In this document: positions 29,368 through 39,275 of the stretch, piece by piece
Position numbering within the stretch: the first letter of the stretch is position 1
How the letters are laid out: every line of letters begins with the position of its first letter
NCBI GenBank assembly: GCA_963836435.1
Contig: CAWIJI010000007.1
Span: forward strand, 109,052 to 173,051
Direction of reading: 5' to 3'
Length of the DNA: 64,000 nt
Source of the DNA: an uncultured Acidobacteriota bacterium
GTDB lineage: Bacteria; Acidobacteriota; Terriglobia; 20CM-2-55-15
Notes under the pieces: generated by a model
Databases searched by the model: none
What the model was told of the DNA's origin: nothing
The model's input: only the letters and a program-made list of their open reading frames with translations
Program-made: the position numbers and the translations under genes

Positions 29368-30951
29368 ATGATCGGCACCTTAACATTTGCAGTCCTGGCC
29401 GCTACTATGGCTGCCACTCCCTGCGAGGGATTGAAAGCGATTTCATTACCGAATACCACCATCACGACAGCGGAGTTTGTCCCCGAGGGACCCCAACAAC
29501 CCGCAGGTGGCGGAGCCCGCGGCCGCGGCGGTCCCGGAGGCGGCGCTCCGGCTGCCGGCGGGCGCGCTCAGGCTCCGGCTGGTGCGCCGGCGGCGGCCGC
29601 TAATCGGGGTGGGGGACGAGGTGGCGGTCAACCTGTCGTTCTGCCGGCACACTGCAGAGTCGTTGCGGTCCTGAAACCGACCTCCGACTCGTTCATCAAC
29701 ATGGAACTCTGGCTTCCGCCCGCCGAGAAGTGGAACGGAAAATTTCAGGCGATCGGAAACGGAGGCTGGGCCGGTTCGATTCAGGGTCTGACCAACGGCA
29801 TGCCGGCAGCGCTCCGCGCGGGCTACGCCACCGCCGGAAACGATACCGGACACGAAGGCGGAAACGGCACCTTCGCGATTGGTCACGAGGAGAAACTCGT
29901 TGATTTCGCCTATCGCGCCATGCACGAAATGACCGTCCAGTCGAAAACCCTGGTGAAGAGCTTCTACGACCAGAGCCCCCGGCTTTCCTATTACAACGGC
30001 TGTTCGACCGGTGGGCGCCAGGGACTCATGGCAGCCCAGCGCTATCCTGAAGACTTCGACGCCATCATCGCCGGCGCCCCCGCAAACGATCACCTTTACA
30101 TGCATGCGGCAGATATCGCCCGCATGACCGACATCTATAAGGACCCGGAAGGATATATCCCTCAGGCGAAACAGACGGTGCTGGCTCAGGCGGTCATGAA
30201 CGCCTGCGATGCCCTCGACGGCGTAAAGGACGGCCTTATCACCAACCCGATGGCCTGCAAGGTCGATCCGGCAGTCCTGCTTTGCAAGTCCGGCGATGCG
30301 GCCGACTGCCTGACGCCAAAACAGGTGGCAACCGCAAAGCGCCTTTACGCGCCGGCAAAAACGTCAAAGGGCGAATTGATCTTCCCGGGATATGCCTTCG
30401 GCGGCGAATCGGGCTACACGGTGATGCGGGGAGGAACGGCGCCCGGCAATCTGCAGCTGGATACGTACAAGATCGCGCACAACGATGCGAACTGGGACTG
30501 GAAGACTTTCAATCTCGATACCGATCCGGCACTCGCGAAAAAAGTCCTCGGATTCGTCGACTCCACCGATCCGGACCTGAGCAAGTTTAAAGCTCGTGGC
30601 GGCAAACTCATTCTCTACCACGGATGGGCGGACCCGGCGATTCAGCCCGAACACACGATCAACTACTACAACAGCGTCCTCGCGAAAATGGGCAAGAACC
30701 AGGACAACTGGATGGAACTATTCATGGTTCCGGGAATGGGCCATTGCAGCGGCGGCTCCGGTCCGAACCAGATCGACTGGGTTGGAGCGCTGGAAACCTG
30801 GCGCGAAAAAGGGGAAACACCAAAGTTCATCCTTGGCAAGGGCAACAATGCCGGAACGCCGATGACGCGGCCGTTATGTCCCCATCCGCAGGTCGCGACT
30901 TACAAGGGCAGCGGGGACGTCAACGACGCGGCGAATTTCGTCTGCAAGTAG
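29368..30951 (+). CDS. Tannase/feruloyl esterase family alpha/beta hydrolase, paralog 2
   Basis: AGGAGG RBS, signal peptide, WNGKFQAIGNGG, GCSTGGR, HGWAD, PGMGHC, TRPLCPHP. Confidence 0.92.
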   Translation: MIGTLTFAVLAATMAATPCEGLKAISLPNTTITTAEFVPEGPQQPAGGGARGRGGPGGGAPAAGGRAQAPAGAPAAAANRGGGRGGGQPVVLPAHCRVVAVLKPTSDSFINMELWLPPAEKWNGKFQAIGNGGWAGSIQGLTNGMPAALRAGYATAGNDTGHEGGNGTFAIGHEEKLVDFAYRAMHEMTVQSKTLVKSFYDQSPRLSYYNGCSTGGRQGLMAAQRYPEDFDAIIAGAPANDHLYMHAADIARMTDIYKDPEGYIPQAKQTVLAQAVMNACDALDGVKDGLITNPMACKVDPAVLLCKSGDAADCLTPKQVATAKRLYAPAKTSKGELIFPGYAFGGESGYTVMRGGTAPGNLQLDTYKIAHNDANWDWKTFNLDTDPALAKKVLGFVDSTDPDLSKFKARGGKLILYHGWADPAIQPEHTINYYNSVLAKMGKNQDNWMELFMVPGMGHCSGGSGPNQIDWVGALETWREKGETPKFILGKGNNAGTPMTRPLCPHPQVATYKGSGDVNDAANFVCK

Positions 30952-30969
30952 CAGCAGGCGACCAGCCCG

Positions 30970-31092
30970 ATGATCGGTCGTTTTCCGTCGAATCTTGCCG
31001 TTCTGTGCCTGACGTCTATTCCGGCGTGGGCACAGATCGCACCCTTCGATGAGGCCGGCGTCGCCGCCGGCCCTCGCGAATTCCAGCATTGA
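30970..31092 (+). pseudogene. Truncated N-terminus of an exported protein (possible VOC-family remnant)
   Basis: MIGRFPSNLAVLCLTSIPAWAQIAPFDEAGVAAG...*: a signal peptide plus ~18 aa, stopping just before a REPIN copy. Confidence 0.4.
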
Positions 31093-31098
31093 AGTAGA

Positions 31099-31188
31099 AA
31101 TTCGGGGCCGCGCACCTCGAACCCCAAATGGGGAAATGTGGAGGCTTTCCTCGCATAATTTGGGGTTCGAGGTGCACGGCCCCGAATT
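31099..31188. repeat. REPIN-like element, copy 3
   Basis: AATTCGGGGCCGCGCACCTCGAACCCCAAAT ... ATTTGGGGTTCGAGGTGCACGGCCCCGAATT. Confidence 0.9.
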
Positions 31189-31239
31189 ACATGTGGTAAA
31201 GTCCCGCTTCCAATTTCCTTACGGAGAGGCGAATCGAAC

Positions 31240-32874
31240 ATGTGGCAGCACAACTATCAACCGGTGGGCGGAAGCCTTTATCTTTCGGCATTGGTGGCGG
31301 CAATTCCGTTACTGGCACTGTTTTTCATGCTGGGAATCAAACGGAAGCCAAGCTGGATATCGGCGCTGACGGCATTGGGCGTCGCTCTTGTCGTCTCCAT
31401 ACTCGCGTTCGGCATGCCGGTTCAGCTGGCTCTGATCTCGACTGTTTACGGCGCCGCATTCGGCATGTTTCCCATCGCCTGGATCGTGTTTGCTTCAATC
31501 CTTCTGTACAAGCTGACCGTTGAAACGGGAAAGTTCGAAATCATCAAAGATGCCGTGGGTGGCCTTACCAACGATCGCCGGCTTCAGGCACTCTTCATCG
31601 CGTTCTCGTTCGGTGCTTTCATTGAAGGGGCTGCCGGATTCGGCGCTCCTGTAGCCGTCGCGGCGGCCATGCTCGCCGGACTTGGCTTTTCCCCGTTCTA
31701 CGCAGCAGGCATCTGTCTGCTGGCGAACACCGCGCCTGTTGCCTTTGGTTCGATCGGCGTCCCGGTGACCACTCTTGCAGGCATCACGAGCCTGCCGGTC
31801 CTGCAGCTGAGCGCAATGGTGGGACGCATCTGCGCCCTTGTGTCGGTGGTCATTCCGGCCTACCTGGTCGTGATCATGGCAGGTGTCGCCGGCGCGTTGG
31901 AAGTCCTGCCCGCCATCGTTACCTGCGGCGTGACGTTCGCCGCAGTACAGTTTCTCATTTCGAACTTCGTCGGACCGGAGTTAACGGATATTCTCGCAGC
32001 ATTGACTTCGATCGGGGCCATGGTCGTTGTCATGAAGGTCTGGCACCCCAGGAAGATCTTCCGGCTGGAAGGCGACCTTCCCATCGCGGTCAAGCCGAAG
32101 AAACACTCCGGCAGAGAAGTATTCGTGGCTTCGGCGGCTTATCTGCTGCTCGTTGTCTTCGTACTCGTCTGGGGTTATCCGAAATCGAAAGCGGTGCTCG
32201 ACACGACCAGCGTCGCAATCCAGGTACCGGGGCTTCACAATCTGATCCAGAGAATGCCGCCGGTAACGGATGCGCCCGCCGCGTATGCCGCAGTCTTCAA
32301 TTTCAACTGGCTGAGCGCAACGGGCACCTCGTGCATCCTGGCTGCGGCGTGCGCCGCACTGCTGCTGGGCGTGGGACCACGGAGATTCTTCGGCGTTTAT
32401 CGGGCAACCGGGAGGCAACTGGCATTCCCCATGTTGACCATTGCCTCGGTGCTGGGTCTCGCCTACCTCATGAATTACTCGGGTATGACCTCTACGCTCG
32501 GGCTTGCCTTCGCCGGCACGGGCAAGGCTTTCCCGTTCTTCAGTTCGATTCTGGGTTGGATGGGCGTTTTTCTCACCGGCAGCGACACATCTGCCAATGC
32601 GCTGTTCGGAAATCTGCAGGTCGTCACAGCAAGAGCGTTAGGCATCAATCCCATCCTGACCGCAGCGGTCAACTCCGCCGGCGGCGTCATGGGCAAAATG
32701 ATTTCGCTCTCCAGCATCGCCGTGGCTGTCGCGGCAACGGGCATGCCGTCGTCGGATGAAGGCAAGCTGTTCCGCCTGATGCTCAAGCACAGCATCCTGC
32801 TTGCCGCTGTCATCGGCTTGATTGCTCTCGGCTACGCCTATCTTGCGCCGGGCCTGATTCCGGTGGCACCTTAG
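31240..32874 (+). CDS. lctP: L-lactate permease (LctP family)
   Basis: DRRLQALFIAFSFGAFIEGAAGFGAP, ANTAPVAFGSIG, GVFLTGSDTSANALFG, GGVMGKMIS. Confidence 0.92.
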   Translation: MWQHNYQPVGGSLYLSALVAAIPLLALFFMLGIKRKPSWISALTALGVALVVSILAFGMPVQLALISTVYGAAFGMFPIAWIVFASILLYKLTVETGKFEIIKDAVGGLTNDRRLQALFIAFSFGAFIEGAAGFGAPVAVAAAMLAGLGFSPFYAAGICLLANTAPVAFGSIGVPVTTLAGITSLPVLQLSAMVGRICALVSVVIPAYLVVIMAGVAGALEVLPAIVTCGVTFAAVQFLISNFVGPELTDILAALTSIGAMVVVMKVWHPRKIFRLEGDLPIAVKPKKHSGREVFVASAAYLLLVVFVLVWGYPKSKAVLDTTSVAIQVPGLHNLIQRMPPVTDAPAAYAAVFNFNWLSATGTSCILAAACAALLLGVGPRRFFGVYRATGRQLAFPMLTIASVLGLAYLMNYSGMTSTLGLAFAGTGKAFPFFSSILGWMGVFLTGSDTSANALFGNLQVVTARALGINPILTAAVNSAGGVMGKMISLSSIAVAVAATGMPSSDEGKLFRLMLKHSILLAAVIGLIALGYAYLAPGLIPVAP

Positions 32875-32923
32875 ATGTAAAAACAACGTTGACGGCTCAC
32901 TCGAACCCGAAAACGTACGCGTC

Positions 32924-34654
32924 CTATGCGGACGTCAGCTCGATTTTCTTTCCGGAAGCGTCTATCGATTTGATCTTGAAGGAGCGCAATTCGCCTTCGT
33001 GATAGAACTCGGAGCCGGTCTTTGACGCAGGCTTCACGCCCCCCTTCCAGGCGGCAGAGAGCTGTTCTGCAAGCGATGCGCCGGAAGCAGCGGCAGGCGC
33101 ATCGGACGAGCCGGCCGTTTCGATCACGCACACGCCTTCAACGCCCTCGCCCAATTGCACGCTCACTTCGTTCCCTCGGACCCTGATCACGCGCCCCGTT
33201 ACCTGATCCCCCGGCGCAGCATCCTTTGCAAACTCGTCGGCTGCAGTCGCCTCGAGTTGCTTCATGCTCAATTTCAAGCGCTTCGTCTCCGGCTCCACCG
33301 CCAGGACTATGGCTCGTACCACTTGGCCGACTTTCACGAAATCGCCAGGGCTCTGGATGCGTTTCTCGCTTGTGAATTCCGAAACGTGGATCAAGCCATC
33401 GATGCCTTCCTCGAGTTCCACGAAGGCGCCGAAGTTGGCGAGCCGGGTGATTTTTCCTTCAACTATTTTTCCGACCGGGTAGCGGTCCTTAATTGTATCC
33501 CAGGGATTTCCCAGAACCTGTTTCAGGCCGAGGCTGAGGCGCTGCGACGGCGCGTCGATTTTCAACACCACGGCTTCGACGCGTTCGCCCTGCTTCAGGA
33601 CATCTCCTGGCCGCTGGACGCGCTTCGTCCACGACATCTCCGAGACGTGGATCAACCCCTCCACGCCGGGCATGACTTCGACAAACGCACCGAAATCCAT
33701 GAGTCGAGTAACCTCTCCCGTGACGCGGTCGCCGGGATGCAGTTTTTCGACGAGGTCTTCCCAGGGGTCGCGGGACAGCTGTTTCAAGCCGAGCGAGACT
33801 TTGCGGCCCGCTTTGTCCACCTTCAGGACCTTCACATCGAGGACGTCGCCTACAGCCAACTCCGTCGCGGGATCGGTCACGCGTGCCCAGGAAATGTCTC
33901 CGACGTGCAGCAACCCGTCAATCCCGCCGATATCCACGAACGCGCCATAACTGGCAAGAGACCGCACGGTACCGCGCACCACGCTGCCCTCTTCCAGTTT
34001 GTCGAGTGCGCTTCGCCGAAGTTCTTCGGCTTCCTCTTCCATCACCGACCGGCGGTCGACGACGGCGTCTTCTTCATCGGCATCGAACTTGATGATGCGG
34101 CAGCGGATTTCCTGGCCCACCAGGCTCTGCATTTCCGCAGCGTCTCGAATGCCGCTGCGCGAAGCCGGCAGGAACGCGCGAACCCCCACGTCGACGATGA
34201 AGCCGCCTTTGATCATGCTGGTGACCCGGCCGGCCACAATCTCCTTGGAACTGAAGGCGCGCGCCAGGTCGTCCAGATCACGCGGACGGGGCCCCGCAAC
34301 GCGGGAAAGCTTCGCCATTCCCTCTTCGTTGAATCCGGTAATGGCAACGTCAAAGGTGTCGCCTACCTTCACGGTGAGAGTGCCATCCCTGTCACGAAGA
34401 TCAGCAGCGTGAATCACGCCCTCGGCCTTCGCGCCATGGTCGACCAGAACGGAGTCGCCGGATATCCCGACAACCGTGCCCTGTATCCTGGGTGCACTGG
34501 CGCGCTGTCCCCTGCCTTTACCTTTGCCCCTGGCGCCGCCTTTTCCCACATCTTTGTGTGCGGGTTTGGTGGTGCTTTCAAATTCATTGAGAATATCGGC
34601 GAACGACTTGTCGTCCGCCGCTTCGTTCTGTTCCTGAGGATCGTTCAATACCAT
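32924..34654 (-). CDS. rpsA: 30S ribosomal protein S1-like multi-S1-domain protein (possibly a second paralog)
   Basis: About six S1 repeats (AFLPAS, YGAFVDIGGIDGLLHV, FGAFVEVMPGVEGLIHVSEMSW, FGAFVELEEGIDGLIHVSE). Confidence 0.8.
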   Translation of the reverse strand: MVLNDPQEQNEAADDKSFADILNEFESTTKPAHKDVGKGGARGKGKGRGQRASAPRIQGTVVGISGDSVLVDHGAKAEGVIHAADLRDRDGTLTVKVGDTFDVAITGFNEEGMAKLSRVAGPRPRDLDDLARAFSSKEIVAGRVTSMIKGGFIVDVGVRAFLPASRSGIRDAAEMQSLVGQEIRCRIIKFDADEEDAVVDRRSVMEEEAEELRRSALDKLEEGSVVRGTVRSLASYGAFVDIGGIDGLLHVGDISWARVTDPATELAVGDVLDVKVLKVDKAGRKVSLGLKQLSRDPWEDLVEKLHPGDRVTGEVTRLMDFGAFVEVMPGVEGLIHVSEMSWTKRVQRPGDVLKQGERVEAVVLKIDAPSQRLSLGLKQVLGNPWDTIKDRYPVGKIVEGKITRLANFGAFVELEEGIDGLIHVSEFTSEKRIQSPGDFVKVGQVVRAIVLAVEPETKRLKLSMKQLEATAADEFAKDAAPGDQVTGRVIRVRGNEVSVQLGEGVEGVCVIETAGSSDAPAAASGASLAEQLSAAWKGGVKPASKTGSEFYHEGELRSFKIKSIDASGKKIELTSA

Positions 34655-34796
34655 CCGACTAGTTTAAGACAGACCTGGCAATTCCTGCGAGCAGAGTTGC
34701 TTGGCAAGCGAAAGACGCCTGGGAGGCCCCGGCTTTTCCAAAATTTGACCTCGGATTTGCGGTAAACTTTCGGACGCTCAGGAGGCATTTCACCGA

Positions 34797-35306
34797 ATGG
34801 TTTTAAACAAGGAAGAACTCATCAAGGCGCTTCAGAATGAAGTCCGCATCCTGGTTCATCTCGCGGGCAAGGTCGATCGCAAAGTGCTCGACTATCGGCC
34901 AACGCCGAAGCAGCGCAGCACGCTGGAACTGCTCCAGTATCTCGTTACCATGGGGCCGATGCTGGTCCGCTCTATCAAGGCCGGGGCCTTTGACAGGGAA
35001 GCTTTCGGTGCGGCTACCGCGGAGGCGAAAGCGATGAACTTCGACCAGGCGCTGGGCGCAATTCAAAAACAGAGCAGCACCTACGCGGAACTCCTCTCCG
35101 GCTGGTCCGATGCGGACTTCCGCGACGAGATCGACTTGTTTGGCTCCGGCAAAGCGAGTCGCGGCTCTGTTCTGGTTCATTTAGTGCTGGGAGGCCACGC
35201 GGCGTACCGGACCCAGCTCTTCCTTTACCTCAAAGCGAACGGCCGCGAAGAGTTGAGCACAATGAACCTGTGGGGCGGAGTGGATGCCCCGCCACCGACA
35301 CCATAA
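34797..35306 (+). CDS. DinB-like four-helix-bundle protein
   Basis: LDYRPTPKQRSTLELLQYL and HAAYRTQLFLYLKANG...NLWG; AGGAGG RBS. Confidence 0.75.
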   Translation: MVLNKEELIKALQNEVRILVHLAGKVDRKVLDYRPTPKQRSTLELLQYLVTMGPMLVRSIKAGAFDREAFGAATAEAKAMNFDQALGAIQKQSSTYAELLSGWSDADFRDEIDLFGSGKASRGSVLVHLVLGGHAAYRTQLFLYLKANGREELSTMNLWGGVDAPPPTP

Positions 35307-35436
35307 GATGAGAAAGGGTTCCAACAAATAGTCCAAAAATAAATAACAAATTCCCAAAAGAAAAAGGCTACGAATGGACATTGTTGTGGACTCTTCGCTC
35401 TGTTCTGGTTTATCGACATCGAACATCCATTGGATA

Positions 35437-35796
35437 TCAATCGGATGAAGGCAGGCCGGGGATCTCCAGGACCGGCCGTACTTCAATGGTTCCTTTGCGG
35501 GCGCCCGGAATACGGGAGGCAATTCCGAGGGCCTCGTCGAGATCGCGCGCATCAATGAGGAAAAACCCTCCGAGTTGTTCGCGGGTTTCCGCGAAAGGTC
35601 CGTCGGTGATGAGGGGTTTTCCCTCACGCACACGAAGACTGGTGGCGGTCGCCACGGGGTGAAGGGGCGAGGCACCGAGGTATTGGCCACGATTGTGCAA
35701 GTCTTGCGTGAGTTGGGCCGATTCCCCGTAGCACGCCTGGCGTTCGTCATCGGTCATCGCCTTCTCGTCCATATAAACAAGCAACATGTATTTCAT
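35437..35796 (-). CDS. YciI/DGPF family protein
   Basis: MKYMLLVY, TDGPFAETREQLGGFFLI, IEVRP. Confidence 0.92.
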   Translation of the reverse strand: MKYMLLVYMDEKAMTDDERQACYGESAQLTQDLHNRGQYLGASPLHPVATATSLRVREGKPLITDGPFAETREQLGGFFLIDARDLDEALGIASRIPGARKGTIEVRPVLEIPGLPSSD

Positions 35797-35863
35797 CGGT
35801 CCTCCCTGCCATCTGCCTGGCTGCGCGGTGACGGCCTTGGTTTCGTAACTTCTCCTACCCTTA

Positions 35864-35890
35864 GTCGAGCGGCGGAAGGCCGAATCGACA
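35864..35890 (-). promoter_or_regulatory. ECF42-type promoter for the YciI/DGPF gene
   Basis: Minus strand TGTCGA-N17-CGAC, matching the TGTCGA/CGA(TC) consensus described for ECF42 sigma factors. Confidence 0.7.
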
Positions 35891-35919
35891 CGGCGTGATC
35901 ATTTTTTCTATGATACGGC

Positions 35920-37158
35920 ATGCTTACGGACGCCTACGCTGCTGTTGATGCCGTCTACCGATCAGACTGGGGCCGGATTGTCGCTACGCTCATCCGCCTG
36001 TTTGGCGACTTCGACGTTGCTGAAGAAGCGGCTCAGGAAGCCTTTGCCGCGGCGGCAGATCAATGGATGGCCAGAGGGATTCCGGAATTTCCCCGGGCGT
36101 GGATCATCCAGACAGCACGCCACAAGATCATCGACCGCATCCGCCGGGAGAAAAGTTTTGCCGAGAAATCTGAATCTTACGCGAAATCGGAGATGGGACG
36201 CGCCATCGTGGAGCCTAACTACGAGAAAAGCGATTTTCCCGACGACCGGCTGCAGCTCATCTTCACCTGTTGCCATCCTGCGCTGGCTCCGGAGGTGCAA
36301 GTCGCGCTGACGCTGCGCACCCTTGGCGGCTTGCACACCGGCGAGATCGCACGCGCATTTCTCGTACCGGAGGCCACGATGGCGCAGCGCCTCGTGCGCG
36401 CGAAACGAAAGATTCGCGACGCCAGGATTCCCTACAAGGTGCCCGACGCGGCGGACGTTCCTTCCCGCCTGGACGCGGTCCTGACCGTGATCTATCTCAT
36501 CTTCAACGAAGGCTACGCGGCAACCCACGGCCCGGCTCTCGTGCGGACGGACTTGTGCGGGGAGGCGATCCGACTGGCGCGGCTTGTGAGAACCCTGATG
36601 ACGCCTGGACCGCCACCGGAAGCAACCGGGTTGCTCGCGCTCCTCCTGCTCCAGGATTCGCGACGCGATGCCCGGCTCGACGCCGCGGGAGATCTGGTGA
36701 TCCTCGAAGAACAGGATCGAAGCCGATGGAATCGTAACCAGATCGCAGAAGGGCTGCAGTTCGCGGGAGAAGCCTTCCGCGGCGAACTCGGACCCTATGC
36801 TATTCAGGCCGCCATTGCCGCAGAACATTGCAAAGCTGTACGCGCCGACCAAACGGACTGGCGCAGAATCGCAGCCTTATACGGGTTACTCGAACGTATG
36901 CAGGACTCCCCAATTGTTTCGCTCAATCGCGCGGTGGCGGTTGCCATGGATGAAGGACCGGCGTCCGGCCTGGCACTGATAGAGAACATCGCTGCGGATC
37001 TCGACGGATATCATCTGCTGCATGCGGCAAAAGCCGATTTGCAGCGCCGCTCGGGCAATTTTCTCGAGGCTGCGCAAAGTTATAGGCAGGCCCTGGCGCT
37101 GGTGACAAACGAAAGTGAGCGAAGATATTTGGAACGTCGATTCAGGGAAGTATCTTAA
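35920..37158 (+). CDS. ECF42-type sigma factor with C-terminal TPR-like extension
   Basis: [23 protein letters not shown]...[48 protein letters not shown]. Confidence 0.92.
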   Translation: MLTDAYAAVDAVYRSDWGRIVATLIRLFGDFDVAEEAAQEAFAAAADQWMARGIPEFPRAWIIQTARHKIIDRIRREKSFAEKSESYAKSEMGRAIVEPNYEKSDFPDDRLQLIFTCCHPALAPEVQVALTLRTLGGLHTGEIARAFLVPEATMAQRLVRAKRKIRDARIPYKVPDAADVPSRLDAVLTVIYLIFNEGYAATHGPALVRTDLCGEAIRLARLVRTLMTPGPPPEATGLLALLLLQDSRRDARLDAAGDLVILEEQDRSRWNRNQIAEGLQFAGEAFRGELGPYAIQAAIAAEHCKAVRADQTDWRRIAALYGLLERMQDSPIVSLNRAVAVAMDEGPASGLALIENIAADLDGYHLLHAAKADLQRRSGNFLEAAQSYRQALALVTNESERRYLERRFREVS

Positions 37159-37269
37159 AGAATTATTGATGATCTTCTCTTGTGCCGTAGGCCTCCGGCG
37201 TGTGATAGAGTCGAGCTATTCCTCCACCGGCCGGCTATCAAATCCGATGGTCCGGTGTTCACGGTGGAA

Positions 37270-37460
37270 AAGAAGACTGGGCTGCTCTAACTCAACGTTT
37301 GTGCCCCAGATAAGGAGCTGCAAACGCCCAACGGGCGCAGCCCTCAGGGCAAGCGAACGAGGACGTTTCCTCGACAGGAGCAGCGGTCGAAAGGAGGCCT
37401 TGGAAATGCCGCCGGAAGAGAATCGGGACAGGGAGGAAACGAGCTCTCCTCCCTGTCCTC
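37270..37460. repeat. Degenerate structured/MITE-like intergenic remnant containing a GGGCGCAGCC REP-like unit
   Basis: 37314-37346 GGAGCTGCAAACGCCCAACGGGCGCAGCCCTCA resembles the 45-bp unit; hairpin GGACAGGGAGGA...TCCTCCCTGTCC at ~37425-37458. Confidence 0.45.
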
Positions 37461-37651
37461 ACACAACCACCAGCCTCCGCTGAATTCCGTACTCGTCCCT
37501 TCCCTCAGGTTGCTTGCCCAGTCGAAGTCAACGGAACCACACGGCTAATTTCTGGTTTGCTTTCCGTAGGTCCTGAAGAGGTAGTTCACGACCGCCGCCT
37601 CCTGCTGCGGCGACACGGGAGCACCGATAGATGCAAAGCCCAGACAGCCGA

Positions 37652-39007
37652 CTACTTCGTAACCACCTTAACCGCCTCGCCAAGGATATTCACAATCTGG
37701 TCGATCTGAGCGTCGGTGGTGATGTATGGCGGGGCAAGGCAATAAATGTCACCGCGGGTCCTGCTATACAGGCCACGGGCACAGCACTCCCTGTGCAGCT
37801 TCTCGCCCATCTTTTTCGACGGATCGTAGGCTTTCTTCGTGCCTTTATCCTCGACCAGCTCGAGACCCACGAGTGTACCCAGACCGCGCACATCACCCAC
37901 GTGGTCCAAACTGAGCAGCTGCTTCACACCTTCAAACAGCTTCCTGCCCTTGCTGGCCGATGCTTCAATGAGGTTTTCCTTTTCGTAGGCGGCGATCGTC
38001 GCCAGGGCCACGGCACATCCCACCGGGTGGGCGGAATATGTAAAGGCGTGCATCCAGCGCTGTGCAGGGGGCGCATCGCTCATGACCTGATAAACGCGGT
38101 CGGACACTCCGACGCCGCCGAGCGGAATATACCCTGACGTTATGGCCTTCGCGAACGTGAGGATATCCGGCTCCACGCCGTAATGTTCAAGGCCGAACCA
38201 GCGGCCCGTGCGGCCGAACCCTGTGATGATTTCATCCGCAATGAAAAGCACATCGTACTTCGTGCAGATCTCGCGAATACGCGGGAAGTAGTCGTCCGGG
38301 GGAACCATGAGGCCTCCGGAGCCTTGCACGGGTTCAGCAAGGAAGGCGGCAACGGTTTCGGGCCCCTCTTCCAGAATGGCCTTCTCCAGAAGATTTGCCG
38401 CGGCAACTCCCGGGCTCACCGAAGGATCTTCCGAAACAAAACGATACGGATATGGCGACTTGATATGGAGAAAGCCCGGCAGTTTGCCGCCGAACATCGG
38501 CCAGAACACGGGCAGGCCCGTGGCGCTCATCGCGGCCAGGGTGACGCCGTGATAGCTGAAGTCGCGGCTGATGATCTTGGACTTCTGGGGCTTGCCTTGA
38601 GTGATCCAGAAAAATCGCGCGGTCTTGAAAGCGGTTTCGTTGGATTCGCCGCCACCAGCCGTAAAAAAGAAGTGGCTGATGGACGGGTAGCAGATCGACG
38701 CCAGCTTTTCGGCCAGTTGCACGGCCGGCACGTTGGTTGCCCCGACGTATCCCGAGACAAAAGCGAGCTCCTCCATCTGTTTCGCCGCAGCCTGCGCCAG
38801 GTCTTTGCGTCCGTGGCCGAGTGTCACATTCCACAAACCGGATAGCCCGTCGATGAGCTGTTTTCCATCTGCCGTGTGAAGGATCGCGCCTTCGCCTTTC
38901 ACCCACACGTACGGATCCTTCTGATCCACGGGATGAAATAGAGGATGAATGAGATGCGCGTAATCGGCTGCTTTTATCTTTTCGACATCGATCGCATGAG
39001 TCGCCAT
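37652..39007 (-). CDS. Class III PLP-dependent aminotransferase (SpuC/omega-transaminase-like)
   Basis: DGLSGLWNVTLGHG, GGGESNETA, SYHG, AFLAEPVQGSGG, IADEIITGFGRTG, ILTFAKAITSGYIPLG, HAFTYSAHP. Confidence 0.93.
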   Translation of the reverse strand: MATHAIDVEKIKAADYAHLIHPLFHPVDQKDPYVWVKGEGAILHTADGKQLIDGLSGLWNVTLGHGRKDLAQAAAKQMEELAFVSGYVGATNVPAVQLAEKLASICYPSISHFFFTAGGGESNETAFKTARFFWITQGKPQKSKIISRDFSYHGVTLAAMSATGLPVFWPMFGGKLPGFLHIKSPYPYRFVSEDPSVSPGVAAANLLEKAILEEGPETVAAFLAEPVQGSGGLMVPPDDYFPRIREICTKYDVLFIADEIITGFGRTGRWFGLEHYGVEPDILTFAKAITSGYIPLGGVGVSDRVYQVMSDAPPAQRWMHAFTYSAHPVGCAVALATIAAYEKENLIEASASKGRKLFEGVKQLLSLDHVGDVRGLGTLVGLELVEDKGTKKAYDPSKKMGEKLHRECCARGLYSRTRGDIYCLAPPYITTDAQIDQIVNILGEAVKVVTK

Positions 39008-39275
39008 GATTCCTCCAATTCAAAACTTAAGAAATTACCACAATCTCCCAGCCGCTCGCGCTCGAATAGAACCGAATGGCATAGTGCCAAAACGATATGA
39101 TGCGTAGAAAAGTACGGCAGCTGTCACCCGGGGGGCCGGCAAAAACCGGGGTCTTGTGGTGAACATGGTAGAACCTCGATAGGTGGCGGACGGCAATCTG
39201 CGGTTTCATGGTCACGTGTTGCGAATTTTGGCCCCGTTATTATAGAGTGCTCTCAACCCGAGTTAAGGAGTAGTC

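Noticed and set aside
33155-34765. 536-aa plus-strand ORF
   Set aside because: Antisense shadow of the S1-domain gene, typical of GC-rich codon bias.
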